Below are positions 16,252 to 28,351 of a stretch of DNA of 32,000 nt, piece by piece. Every line of letters begins with the position of its first letter. The stretch's first letter is position 1. This DNA comes from Bifidobacterium longum subsp. longum JCM 1217. GTDB taxonomy: Bacteria > Actinomycetota > Actinomycetes > Actinomycetales > Bifidobacteriaceae. The DNA lies in contig NC_015067.1 in NCBI RefSeq assembly GCF_000196555.1, positions 270,001 through 302,000 on the forward strand, given 5' to 3'. Made by a program: the position numbers and the translations under genes. The notes beneath the pieces were generated by a model. That model was given only the letters and a program-made list of their open reading frames with translations, had not been told where the DNA came from and made no database searches.

Positions 16252-16734
16252 TTACTCGGAGAACTCGACACTGACCTTATTGTCTTTGATGGTGAAGTTG
16301 CCGTTGACCTCCTTGCCTTCAAGCGTGTACGTCAGCTGGGCGCTCACGGTGCCATCGGCATTATTGGAGGTCTGCGAGATGCGCGCGTTGGTGATGCGCG
16401 TGTTCTCGCCCGAGGATGCCTTGCTGGTCAGCAGTGCGCGCTGGTTCGTATTCACGTGAGGATCGGCGATGGTGTTGGCCTTGTCGTAGTTGCCGGAGGA
16501 GATGGCGGCCACATAGCTGTTCGCAACGCTCTTCGCGCTGAACACGGCGGAAGACAGCACGCCATACACGATACCGAACAGCACGAGGAAGCCGGCCACG
16601 GCACCAACGATGATGAAGATTTTCTTCTGTTGCTCATTCATGGTGGTGGAGGTCGCGCCAGGTGCGGCTACCGGTGCCGCTCCGGGAGTGATGGGAGCCG
16701 CGGGCTGCGTGGGCTTGGCCAAAACGGTGGACAT
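16252..16734 (-). CDS. Single-pass membrane protein of unknown function (Pro/Ala-rich N-terminus, extracytoplasmic beta-rich domain)
   Basis: 160-aa ORF with one TM helix (IFIIVGAVAGFLVLFGIVYGVL). It is followed by a ~100-aa domain resembling small DUF4878/NTF2-like anchored proteins. An internal start at MNEQQKK is possible. Confidence 0.6.
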   Translation of the reverse strand: MSTVLAKPTQPAAPITPGAAPVAAPGATSTTMNEQQKKIFIIVGAVAGFLVLFGIVYGVLSSAVFSAKSVANSYVAAISSGNYDKANTIADPHVNTNQRALLTSKASSGENTRITNARISQTSNNADGTVSAQLTYTLEGKEVNGNFTIKDNKVSVEFSE

Positions 16735-16847
16735 CGCGAAACCGGCAAGAATATGGGCATACCCTGTCCCGCCTCATATATAGACTGTCCAAGTTGCCCG
16801 AAGAGGCGGTGCCGGTTTGGTGCTGCGTCATGGGCTAACACGCATAC

Positions 16848-16894
16848 ACACTCCTGCCACGGAACGTCCGTGGCCGAATAGTCCGAAGGAGGTG
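16848..16894 (+). promoter_or_regulatory. Candidate rpsF 5' leader structure sequestering the Shine-Dalgarno
   Basis: Hairpin gccacgga-acg-tccgtggc at 16856-16874. In addition, acactcc (16848-16854) can pair with ggaggtg (16888-16894, the SD) with one bulge. Confidence 0.35.
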
Positions 16895-16898
16895 GGTG

Positions 16899-17189
16899 AT
16901 GTCTGCGCACAAGTACGAACTGATGTTCATCGCCGATCCTGAGCTGGATGAGCGCGGTCTGAAGAAGCTGACCGAGCAGTATCTGGAACTCGTCACCAAG
17001 GAAGGCGGCTCTTTCGATGAGCCCGATTACTGGGGCCGTCGCAAGCTCGCCTATGAGATTGCCGGTAAGACCGAAGGCAACTACGTCGTGGTGAAGTACA
17101 CCGCCGAGCCCGCTACCAGCGATGAGCTTGACCGTGTTCTGAACCTCAACGAATCCGTGATCCGTACGAAGATTCTTCGTAAGGGCTGA
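16899..17189 (+). CDS. rpsF: 30S ribosomal protein S6
   Basis: The RBS aaggagg lies 6 nt upstream of the ATG at 16899 (the GTG at 16896 is too close to it). MSAHKYELMFI... shows typical S6 sequence and is the first gene of the conserved rpsF-ssb-rpsR-rplI order. Confidence 0.95.
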   Translation: MSAHKYELMFIADPELDERGLKKLTEQYLELVTKEGGSFDEPDYWGRRKLAYEIAGKTEGNYVVVKYTAEPATSDELDRVLNLNESVIRTKILRKG

Positions 17190-17245
17190 ATCAAGCGTTT
17201 AGTCAGCTGAACAGCTGGTATTCAAGGTAAGTAAGAAGGACCGTT

Positions 17246-17902
17246 ATGGCAGGTGAAACCGTCATCACCATCGTGGGCAACCTCACTGCGGACCCCGAGC
17301 TGCGCACTATTGGCAGCGGTGCGACCGTGGCGAGCTTCACGATTGCTTCCACCCCGCGAACCTGGAATCGTCAGACCAACCAGTTCGAGGATGGTCAGGC
17401 GCTGTTCATGAGGTGCTCCGCTTGGCGTGATCTGGCCGACCACTGCGCCCAGTCCCTGAAGAAGGGCATGCGCGTGATTGCCACCGGTCGCCTCCAGCAG
17501 CGTTCCTATCAGGCACAGGATGGTTCCCAGCGAACCGTCGTGGAGATGCAGCTCGATGAAATCGGGCCCTCCCTGCGCTACGCCACCGCACAGGTGACTC
17601 GCCAGTCGTCCGGTCAGGGCGGCTTCCAGGGTCGTTCCGGTGGTTTCCAGGGTGGTCAGCAGCCCAATCAGGGCTATGGCAACCAGGGTGGCCAAGGTGG
17701 TTATGCCGGTGGCCAGGGCGGTTACAACGGTGGCTATCAGGGTGGTGGCGCTGGATACTCCCAGCAGTCTGCCGCTCCCGCCAACCCGTCCGCTCCTGCG
17801 GTCGACCCGTGGAGTAATGCCGGTGCATCTGATGCCGGTAGCTTCTCCACGTTCGGCGCTTCCTCCGATTTCGGCGGCGACGATTCCGACCCGGAGTTCT
17901 GA
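17246..17902 (+). CDS. ssb: Single-stranded DNA-binding protein
   Basis: OB-fold N-terminus ([14 protein letters not shown]), a long Gly/Gln-rich linker and an acidic C-terminal tip (DDSDPEF). RBS gaagga. Confidence 0.95.
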   Translation: MAGETVITIVGNLTADPELRTIGSGATVASFTIASTPRTWNRQTNQFEDGQALFMRCSAWRDLADHCAQSLKKGMRVIATGRLQQRSYQAQDGSQRTVVEMQLDEIGPSLRYATAQVTRQSSGQGGFQGRSGGFQGGQQPNQGYGNQGGQGGYAGGQGGYNGGYQGGGAGYSQQSAAPANPSAPAVDPWSNAGASDAGSFSTFGASSDFGGDDSDPEF

Positions 17903-17962
17903 TCAGTACTTGCCTCCCCGCTGCCAGCAGCAATCAATATCAAGATTTATAAGGAGAACATC

Positions 17963-18211
17963 ATGTCACGTAAGAGGCCGCAACCGCCGGTCAAGCCGTT
18001 CAAGAAGAAGCCGAACCCGCTGAAGGCCGCCAAGGTCACCGAGATCGATTACAAGGACGTTGCGCTGCTGCGTAAGTTCATTTCCGATCGCGGCAAGATC
18101 CGTTCCCGTCGTATCACCGGCGTGACCGTGCAGGAGCAGCGTGAGCTGTCCAAGGCGATCAAGAACGCCCGCGAGATGGCCCTGCTGCCGTACGCCACCT
18201 CGGGTCGCTGA
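17963..18211 (+). CDS. rpsR: 30S ribosomal protein S18
   Basis: 82 aa, RBS aaggag, motif [26 protein letters not shown]. Confidence 0.95.
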   Translation: MSRKRPQPPVKPFKKKPNPLKAAKVTEIDYKDVALLRKFISDRGKIRSRRITGVTVQEQRELSKAIKNAREMALLPYATSGR

Positions 18212-18230
18212 GTTAGGGAGGCTTTGAACA

Positions 18231-18677
18231 ATGGCTGAAACCAAGGTTATTCTCACCAAGACCGTGTCCAACCTGGGCCATTCCGGTGACGTTGTCGACG
18301 TGAAGTCCGGCTACGCCCGCAACTACCTGTTCCCGCAGGGCCTCGCTTTCGCGTGGACCAAGGGCGCTGAGGCTCAGATCGTCGCTATGAAGCGCGCTCG
18401 TCTGGCCAAGGCCGTCGCTACCCGCGAGGACGCCGTCGCCGCTAAGGCCGCCATCGAGGGCACTACCGTCGAGATCGCCGCCAAGGTGTCCGAGTCCGGC
18501 AAGCTGTTCGGTGGTATCTCCAACGAGGCCATCGCCGTCGCTCTGTCCGACAAGGCTGCGGTGAACCCGAAGGCCATCGAGGTCGAGACCATCAAGACCA
18601 CCGGCGATTTCCCCGCCAAGGTGGCCCTCCACCCGGAGATCACCGCTTCCTTCTTCGTGAAGGTCGTGGCCGAGTGA
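18231..18677 (+). CDS. rplI: 50S ribosomal protein L9
   Basis: 148 aa, RBS gggagg, motif [35 protein letters not shown]. Confidence 0.95.
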
Positions 18678-18732
18678 GTCATTCCGGCCTAGTGCTGGAA
18701 TCACACAGACCAAGAGTCTGAGCTTAAGCATC

Positions 18733-18770
18733 ATCCCCCGTGCGGTTTGCGCCGCATGGGGGATTTTTGT
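18733..18770 (+). terminator. Rho-independent terminator of the rpsF operon
   Basis: Stem atcccccgtgcgg / ccgcatgggggat (one G-U pair) followed by ttttgt. Confidence 0.75.
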
Positions 18771-18810
18771 ATTAGCAAAAACGCCGGAAATAGGCGCGAC
18801 ACGCCGAGAG

Positions 18811-18838
18811 TTGCATTCGCTTCAAATCTGAGTATATT
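18811..18838 (+). promoter_or_regulatory. Candidate promoter for tRNA-Lys
   Basis: TTGCAT, a 16-bp spacer, then TATATT. It lies about 39 nt upstream of the mature tRNA 5' end. Confidence 0.45.
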
Positions 18839-18876
18839 TATCACCTGTTGCAAGGAATACTTCAACATCTAACCAA

Positions 18877-18950
18877 GCCCCTGTAGCTCAGTTGGTTAGA
18901 GCAGCTGACTCTTAATCAGCGTGTCCAGGGTTCGAATCCCTGCGGGGGCA
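18877..18950 (+). tRNA. tRNA-Lys (anticodon CTT), CCA not encoded
   Basis: Hand-folded cloverleaf: acceptor gcccctg/cgggggc, D-arm gctc-agttggtta-gagc, anticodon arm gctga-ctCTTaa-tcagc, variable loop gtgtc, T-arm caggg-ttcgaat-ccctg, discriminator A. Total 74 nt. Confidence 0.93.
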
Positions 18951-18955
18951 CAGAC

Positions 18956-18990
18956 AACCGGAATCGAAAGATTCCGGTTTTTTGTTTTTT
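18956..18990 (+). terminator. Rho-independent terminator after tRNA-Lys
   Basis: Stem aaccggaatc / gattccggtt with loop gaaa, followed by ttttgtttttt. Confidence 0.8.
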
Positions 18991-19063
18991 CCAGTATCAG
19001 TCCGTAGCTGGTGCGGAAAGGCCGTCTTCGCGCGTGACGGCCGGACGTGTAAGGAGCAACGTC

Positions 19064-19323
19064 ATGCCTCAGATATTCACGTTCACCGTATCCGACCCCG
19101 AAGGCATGCACGCCCGCCCGGCTGGCCGGTTGGTTGCCAAAGCGCAGGAATATGAATCGAGCATCACCGTTGCCTACGGTGGAAAATCCGTGGATGCCAA
19201 GCGTATCTTCGGTGTTATGGGACTTGATGTTCAACAAGGTGACGAGGTTACGGTTCGGGTGCAGGGCAACGATGAAGCTGTCGCTGCTGCAGAGTTCGAG
19301 CGATTCCTCAAGGAGCACCTGTA

Positions 19324-19324
<1 letters not shown>
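19064..19324 (+). CDS. ptsH: PTS phosphocarrier protein HPr
   Basis: The RBS aaggag lies 7 nt upstream of the ATG at 19064. 86 aa with the active-site His in GMHARPAG. The ORF-track GTG start at 19034 lacks an RBS. Confidence 0.92.
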
Positions 19325-21003
<1,679 letters not shown>

Positions 21004-21236
21004 GATTCAAGGTCGCTTCGGCTGATTCCGATGGCTTTTTGGGCATTGCATTCGGCTGGACATTCGACATCGCATCTTGCCGGCATTTCGTCGTGGGGCA
21101 AAGTGTACAATCACCACGTTTGCTTTCGCGCCCAGCGTAAATCGCGTCGCCGGCTCCGCGAACGGATTTCCAGTCACACAGAATGCCGTGAACAGTCAGC
21201 CATGCCTGTTGCGCGGCGAAGAGAAAAGAAGAAGCA

Positions 21237-21971
21237 GTGGATTATCCTCTCTTTACCAAGCTGGCCGCCGAGTTCTTCGGCACCGCCATTCTGATGATCT
21301 TCGGCAACGGCTCCGTGGCCAACGTTGAGCTCAAGAACACCAAGGGCCACCACGCCGGCTGGCTGAACATCGCCATGGGCTACGGCTTCGGCGTCATGTT
21401 CCCGGTGCTCATGTTCGGTAGCGTCTCCGGCGCGCACATCAACCCGGCCATGACCATCGCCCAGGCCGTCAACGGCCTGTTCCCGTGGAGCGACGTGCTG
21501 CCGTACATCGTCGCCCAGCTGCTCGGCGCCCTGCTCGGCCAGCTCATCGTCTACATCACTTACTACCCGCACTACAAGGAGACCGAGGACGCCGAGGCGA
21601 TTCTGGGCACCTTCTGCACCACTGACGCGGACAACCAGAAGGTCAACTACTTCCTCAACGAGATGTTCGGCACCCTGGTGCTCGTCTTCGGCGCCCTGTG
21701 CTGCCTGTCCCTGGCTTGGGGCAAGCAGGATTACGCCGCCGCCTCCATCGTCGTCGGCTTCATTGTGTGGGGCCTCGTGACCTCCATGGGTGGCCCGACC
21801 GGCCCTGGCCTGAACCCGGCCCGCGACCTCATGCCGCGTCTGCTGCACGCCATCCTGCCGATCCCGCACAAGGGCTCCTCCCGCTGGGGCGAGGCCTGGA
21901 TCCCGGTTGTGGCCCCGATTGTCGGCGCCATTATCGGCGCTTGGCTGTTCGTGTTCTTCTTCGCCAGCTGA
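21237..21971 (+). CDS. MIP-family channel (aquaporin/glycerol-facilitator-like)
   Basis: GTG start, 244 aa, six TM spans and two NPA boxes (HINPAMT, GLNPARD). Substrate class cannot be assigned by eye. Confidence 0.9.
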   Translation: MDYPLFTKLAAEFFGTAILMIFGNGSVANVELKNTKGHHAGWLNIAMGYGFGVMFPVLMFGSVSGAHINPAMTIAQAVNGLFPWSDVLPYIVAQLLGALLGQLIVYITYYPHYKETEDAEAILGTFCTTDADNQKVNYFLNEMFGTLVLVFGALCCLSLAWGKQDYAAASIVVGFIVWGLVTSMGGPTGPGLNPARDLMPRLLHAILPIPHKGSSRWGEAWIPVVAPIVGAIIGAWLFVFFFAS

Positions 21972-21995
21972 TTCGTTGATTGATTCATATATGCA

Positions 21996-22028
21996 AATGG
22001 CCTCCGCTCGTTTTGGGCGGAGGCCATT
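21996..22028. terminator. Stem-loop between convergent MIP-channel and ATPase genes (shared terminator candidate)
   Basis: aatggcctccgc-tcgttttgg-gcggaggccatt has a 12-bp perfect stem. The flanks are only weakly T-rich. Confidence 0.55.
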
Positions 22029-22054
22029 GTCGTTGAATCAGGTAAACGCAGAGA

Positions 22055-24763
<2,709 letters not shown>

Positions 24764-24803
24764 AACCGTTCCTTCCCCTTGTTTGTTGTACTGAACAACA
24801 GTG

Positions 24804-24833
24804 TATACCCTATACCCCTAGAGGGTATATAAT
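24804..24833. promoter_or_regulatory. CsoR-type operator overlapping a TATAAT -10 box in the divergent copA/csoR intergenic region
   Basis: tataccc-tataccc-ctaga-gggtata contains a 7-bp perfect inverted repeat at 24811-24829, plus an extra direct copy of the left arm. TATAAT lies at 24828-24833 on the + strand. The flanking 7-bp inverted repeat is ctgaaca (24791-24797) / tgttcag (24839-24845). Confidence 0.6.
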
Positions 24834-24874
24834 GGGGTGTGTTCAGCTGACGGATAAGTATCAGGGGGTTTGCG

Positions 24875-25156
24875 ATGCATGGTTATGACGAAGACAAGGC
24901 CAAGGTCATCGCACGATTGCGCCGTATCGAAGGACAGGTGCGTGCCATCACGCAGATGGTGGAGGATGACAAATACTGCATCGATATCCTGACGCAGATT
25001 TCGGCGTCGAATTCGGCGCTGAAATCCGTGGCGTTATTGCTGCTGGACGATCATCTCAACCATTGCGTGCGGCAGGCGTCGATTCAGGGCGGCGAGGTGG
25101 CCGATGAAAAACTTGCGGAGGCTTCCGCGGCCATTGCGCGTCTCGTCAAATCGTGA
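24875..25156 (+). CDS. csoR: CsoR-family copper-sensing transcriptional repressor
   Basis: 93 aa with RBS aggggg. It shows the RLRRIEGQVRAI helix and the x-C-H-C Cu(I) ligand pattern (YCIDIL ... DHLNHCV). It is divergent from the ATPase gene. Confidence 0.9.
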   Translation: MHGYDEDKAKVIARLRRIEGQVRAITQMVEDDKYCIDILTQISASNSALKSVALLLLDDHLNHCVRQASIQGGEVADEKLAEASAAIARLVKS

Positions 25157-25198
25157 CGAGTTTTACCGTCATTCACCATCGATGACATACTGGGTACC

Positions 25199-26623
25199 AT
25201 GTTTGAGCAAATAGGAACCGTGATTATCGTCATCGTCGTGCTAGTGGTTGGTGCAGGGCTTGGCCTCTTCGCCGGCTTCGTGCTAGGCCGTCATAAGGGT
25301 CAGGAGATGGCTCGAGGCGTCAAAAGCGAGGAGCTGGAAGAGGCCAAGACCTCGCTGGAGAATGCGCGATTCGAGAACGCTGAGCTCAGTGCTCGCAATG
25401 CTGCCGCACAGGCTCAGATTGAAGGCGTGAACCAGCAATTGGCTTTCGCCAAGTCACAACTTGCCCAGGCGCAGCAGGCTGAGCAGATTCGCATTCAGCA
25501 GGAACGTGAGCGTGCAGCTGCGGAGGCAGAACGGAAGCGTCAGGCGGATGCTCAGGCCGCCGAGGCCAAGCGTGCTGAACAGGAAGCACGTTTGAAAGAA
25601 CAGAGCAAGGTGCTCGAGGCGCTTGCGCCAGTGGCCAAGAATCTTGATACCTTGCAGAACAAGGTCACGCAGATCGAAGAGGGCCGCAAGAGGGAAATGG
25701 GCGCATTGGGAGCCCAACTCAAGGGGCTCAACGATCAGCAGGCCCGTTTGGACAAGGAAACCAGTTCCTTGTCCGCCGCGTTGCGCAACAACAAGGTGCG
25801 TGGCGCGTGGGGCGAGGCCCAGCTCAAGAACATTGTCGAGTCCGCCGGATTGCTGGAACATGTCGATTTCGACACCCAGGTGGTGGTCACGGATGCCGAT
25901 GGGCGTACGTTGCGCCCGGATATGATCGTGCATCTGCCGGGAGGCAAGACCATTCCGATTGATGCCAAAGTGCCTTATGCCGATTACCAGCGTGCCTGCG
26001 AAATCCCGGACACCGCCAGCCCCGAGGATATTGCCCGCCGCGATGATTTGCTGCGGTCCCATGCCAAGGCGTTGCGCGAGCATGTACGTGCTCTCGGCGA
26101 AAAGGCCTATTGGAATGCCTTTGATGTAGCACCTGATTTTGTGGTGGCCTTCATCCCCAATGAGGCACTACTGCAGGCCGCGCTCGAAGCCGATCCCACA
26201 CTGATGGATGATGCGTTCTCTCGCAAAGTGGCGCTCACCTCGCCGGTCACGCTCTGGGCCGTGCTGAAATCCGTGGCCTATGCCTGGCAGCAGCAGTCGC
26301 TCACCGATGACGCCAAGCAGCTGTTCGATTTGTCCCGAGAACTGTACGAACGGTTCTCCACGCTGGGTGATTATGCCATCAAATTGGGCACCCAGATTAC
26401 TAAGACGGTCAGCGCCTACAACAAGTTCGCGTCCAGTTTGGAACGCCGTGTGTTGCCCACCGCTCGCAAGCTGCAAAAAATCGAACCGACCAAGATCATC
26501 GAGGAAGTACCGATCATCGAATCAGATAAAGGCAATGTGAGCGAACTGTCCGCCCCTGAAGTGGTGCCGGCCGATGAAGGTGATACTCATCTGACTGCCT
26601 CAGGCGATAGTCTGGAGTCATGA
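25199..26623 (+). CDS. rmuC: DNA recombination protein RmuC (membrane-anchored coiled coil + PD-(D/E)xK-like nuclease domain)
   Basis: 474 aa. N-terminal TM helix, a ~150-aa Q/A/E-rich coiled coil, and a C-terminal RmuC domain (RPDMIVHLPGGKTIPIDAKVPY, FVVAFIPNEALL). Confidence 0.9.
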   Translation: MFEQIGTVIIVIVVLVVGAGLGLFAGFVLGRHKGQEMARGVKSEELEEAKTSLENARFENAELSARNAAAQAQIEGVNQQLAFAKSQLAQAQQAEQIRIQQERERAAAEAERKRQADAQAAEAKRAEQEARLKEQSKVLEALAPVAKNLDTLQNKVTQIEEGRKREMGALGAQLKGLNDQQARLDKETSSLSAALRNNKVRGAWGEAQLKNIVESAGLLEHVDFDTQVVVTDADGRTLRPDMIVHLPGGKTIPIDAKVPYADYQRACEIPDTASPEDIARRDDLLRSHAKALREHVRALGEKAYWNAFDVAPDFVVAFIPNEALLQAALEADPTLMDDAFSRKVALTSPVTLWAVLKSVAYAWQQQSLTDDAKQLFDLSRELYERFSTLGDYAIKLGTQITKTVSAYNKFASSLERRVLPTARKLQKIEPTKIIEEVPIIESDKGNVSELSAPEVVPADEGDTHLTASGDSLES

Positions 26624-27249
26624 CTGAATCTGGATTCCGCCCCACTGGTACCCCGGACCTTGCCGTCGCGAAGAGCCATAATGACTTTGCCATGCTGGAG
26701 CCGCGTGAACAGCTAGCCACCTTGCTGAAGGAGCATGTGGTGGGCCGTCCGTTCTCCGAACTTGCCGCGGTGACTTTCGACCACCGTGCCGCCACTGTCA
26801 TGGGCCATGTACTGATTGACGCTTTGGAAGATGCGGGCTATTCGATTGATGACTTCGATGCTGTTGGTGCCTTGACCGCAGCATCTGTGCCCATGGTGTC
26901 TGCCATGATCCAGGCCGCCGCCTCTCGTGGCGAGGACCTAGATGGATTCGTGATGGACTTCGTCTACCCGTCCATCAAGGGCCCCTCCATCGAAGGCCGC
27001 CGTGTGGTGCTGTTGGATGCTTGGCTGTCCGAAAAGTCGTACGTGCAGACAAGCTCGCTGGTCACCCTGCGCAACGGCAATGAGCTGAGCCTCGACTTTG
27101 GCATAGTGGAGCAGCTGGGTGCCAAGGTCGTGGCCATCGCCTCGCTGGTCGGTGGCGGTGCCAAAGACATCAATGTGGTCAACCCCTCCACCGGCGACGA
27201 GCAAACGCTCCCCTTCATCCAGGTCTTCGACGAATCCGAACTGCGGTAA
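26620..27249 (+). CDS. Type-I phosphoribosyltransferase-fold protein (PyrE-like) with degenerate PRPP-binding loop
   Basis: The ATG overlaps the rmuC stop (ATGA). 209 aa, with DAVGALTAASVPMVSAMI resembling the PRTase core. The PRPP-loop position reads RVVLLDAWLSEKSYVQT instead of the canonical VhhhDDVhTTGGT. Confidence 0.65.
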   Translation: MTESGFRPTGTPDLAVAKSHNDFAMLEPREQLATLLKEHVVGRPFSELAAVTFDHRAATVMGHVLIDALEDAGYSIDDFDAVGALTAASVPMVSAMIQAAASRGEDLDGFVMDFVYPSIKGPSIEGRRVVLLDAWLSEKSYVQTSSLVTLRNGNELSLDFGIVEQLGAKVVAIASLVGGGAKDINVVNPSTGDEQTLPFIQVFDESELR

Positions 27250-27342
27250 ATCCACCTTTGACGTCCCTCGCATAAAGTCAGCCGGGCTGAGCAGCGAAGC
27301 TGACTAAGAGGAACCGGTGAATAGCGTTATCGAGGAGAAAGA

Positions 27343-28191
27343 TTGCACGCACCCAACCAGATTTCTTTGGCTGCCAAGGCTTCAGGTGAACCGGAATTCC
27401 GTGAAATCGGCCTTGGGCCGTGGTCTGAGACCCATCCCGGTGAGCCTCGTCCCGATGATCCGACTTCTTCGAATTATGACGGTCGTTTCGACTCGGTGCT
27501 GTTGAACGACGGAGACCGCCGCAACGTATTGGACCGTTACCGCTACTGGACCGTTGCTGCCATTAAGGCCGATCTTGACGCTCGAGGGCGTCACGACTTC
27601 GAAGTTGCGGTGGAAAACTGGACCCACGATTTTAACATCGGTTCCATGGTCCGCACCGCTAATGCCTTCCAGGCCAAGCGCGTACACATTGTCGGTCCAC
27701 ATAAGTGGAATCGCAAGGGCGCGTTGATGACCGAACTGTACCAGCACGTCGAACACCACCCCTCCATCGCCGAACTGGTGGAAAGCTGGCATCATCGCAT
27801 CGCCGGTGAAATCGCCTATGAACGAGCCAAGGCCGGTGCCGCCGCCATCCATGCGCATGATGTGGCTGTGGATGGAGACAACAAGCACCTTCATGAGCTG
27901 CTGGCCGAAATCGATGCTTGTGATGCACGCATCAAGGAGCTTCAAGCCGCCCGCGTCATCGCCCTCGACATTATTCCCGGCGCAGTGCCGATGGAAGCCT
28001 ATGCCTTCCCCAAGCGGTGCCTGCTGCTCTTCGGTGCAGAAGGCCCCGGATTGAGCGAGAAGGCCCTCGCATTGGCCGACGATGTGGTCTACATCTCTCA
28101 ATTCGGTTCCGTGCGCTCCATTAATGCAGGCGCTGCGGCGGCCGTGGCCATGCACGCATGGATTGCCCAACACGCCGTATCAGGCGTGTAG
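27343..28191 (+). CDS. SpoU/TrmH-family (SPOUT) RNA 2'-O-methyltransferase-like protein with N-terminal extension and internal insertion
   Basis: TTG start with gaggag 5 nt upstream. SPOUT motif 1 is [13 protein letters not shown], motif 2 is [12 protein letters not shown] and motif 3 is [22 protein letters not shown]. Confidence 0.85.
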   Translation: MHAPNQISLAAKASGEPEFREIGLGPWSETHPGEPRPDDPTSSNYDGRFDSVLLNDGDRRNVLDRYRYWTVAAIKADLDARGRHDFEVAVENWTHDFNIGSMVRTANAFQAKRVHIVGPHKWNRKGALMTELYQHVEHHPSIAELVESWHHRIAGEIAYERAKAGAAAIHAHDVAVDGDNKHLHELLAEIDACDARIKELQAARVIALDIIPGAVPMEAYAFPKRCLLLFGAEGPGLSEKALALADDVVYISQFGSVRSINAGAAAAVAMHAWIAQHAVSGV

Positions 28192-28351
28192 CCATGCGCC
28201 GACAATCCTGCCGCATGGATCGGCGGTCTCATCGTCACCAGAAAAGCGGATATCAAATAATGACCCGAGTGCCTGCCCTGCTGAAATGGTCTCAAAGGGT
28301 AGGAAAATGCGGTTTCCCGACAACTGCGTGTCACATACGGCTCATATAGTT

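Noticed and set aside
16081-16881. A 266-aa plus-strand ORF spans the prs start, the stem-loop and the membrane-protein gene.
   Set aside because: It crosses an obvious intergenic terminator hairpin and has Arg/Gly-rich composition. It is antisense to two better-supported genes.
17590-17780. A repetitive GGx/QGG-coding stretch in ssb might be a tandem repeat or slippage hotspect.
   Set aside because: It is the usual Gly/Gln-rich disordered linker of actinobacterial SSB. The repeats are imperfect at the DNA level and are not a separate feature.
21004-21236. The 233-bp ptsI/MIP-channel intergenic region was examined for a riboswitch, terminator or promoter.
   Set aside because: Only weak 4-5-bp stems and an isolated TACAAT (21106-21111) without a properly spaced -35 box were found. 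Nothing rises above chance by eye, and an Rfam scan would be needed.
25199-27249. RmuC plus the PRTase-like gene might be a dedicated anti-phage defence system (retron-like effector pair).
   Set aside because: There is no reverse transcriptase, structured ncRNA, toxin/antitoxin signature or mobile-element context. The flanks are csoR and a SPOUT methyltransferase/gatCAB, which are core genome. It is kept only as a low-probability alternative within the finding.
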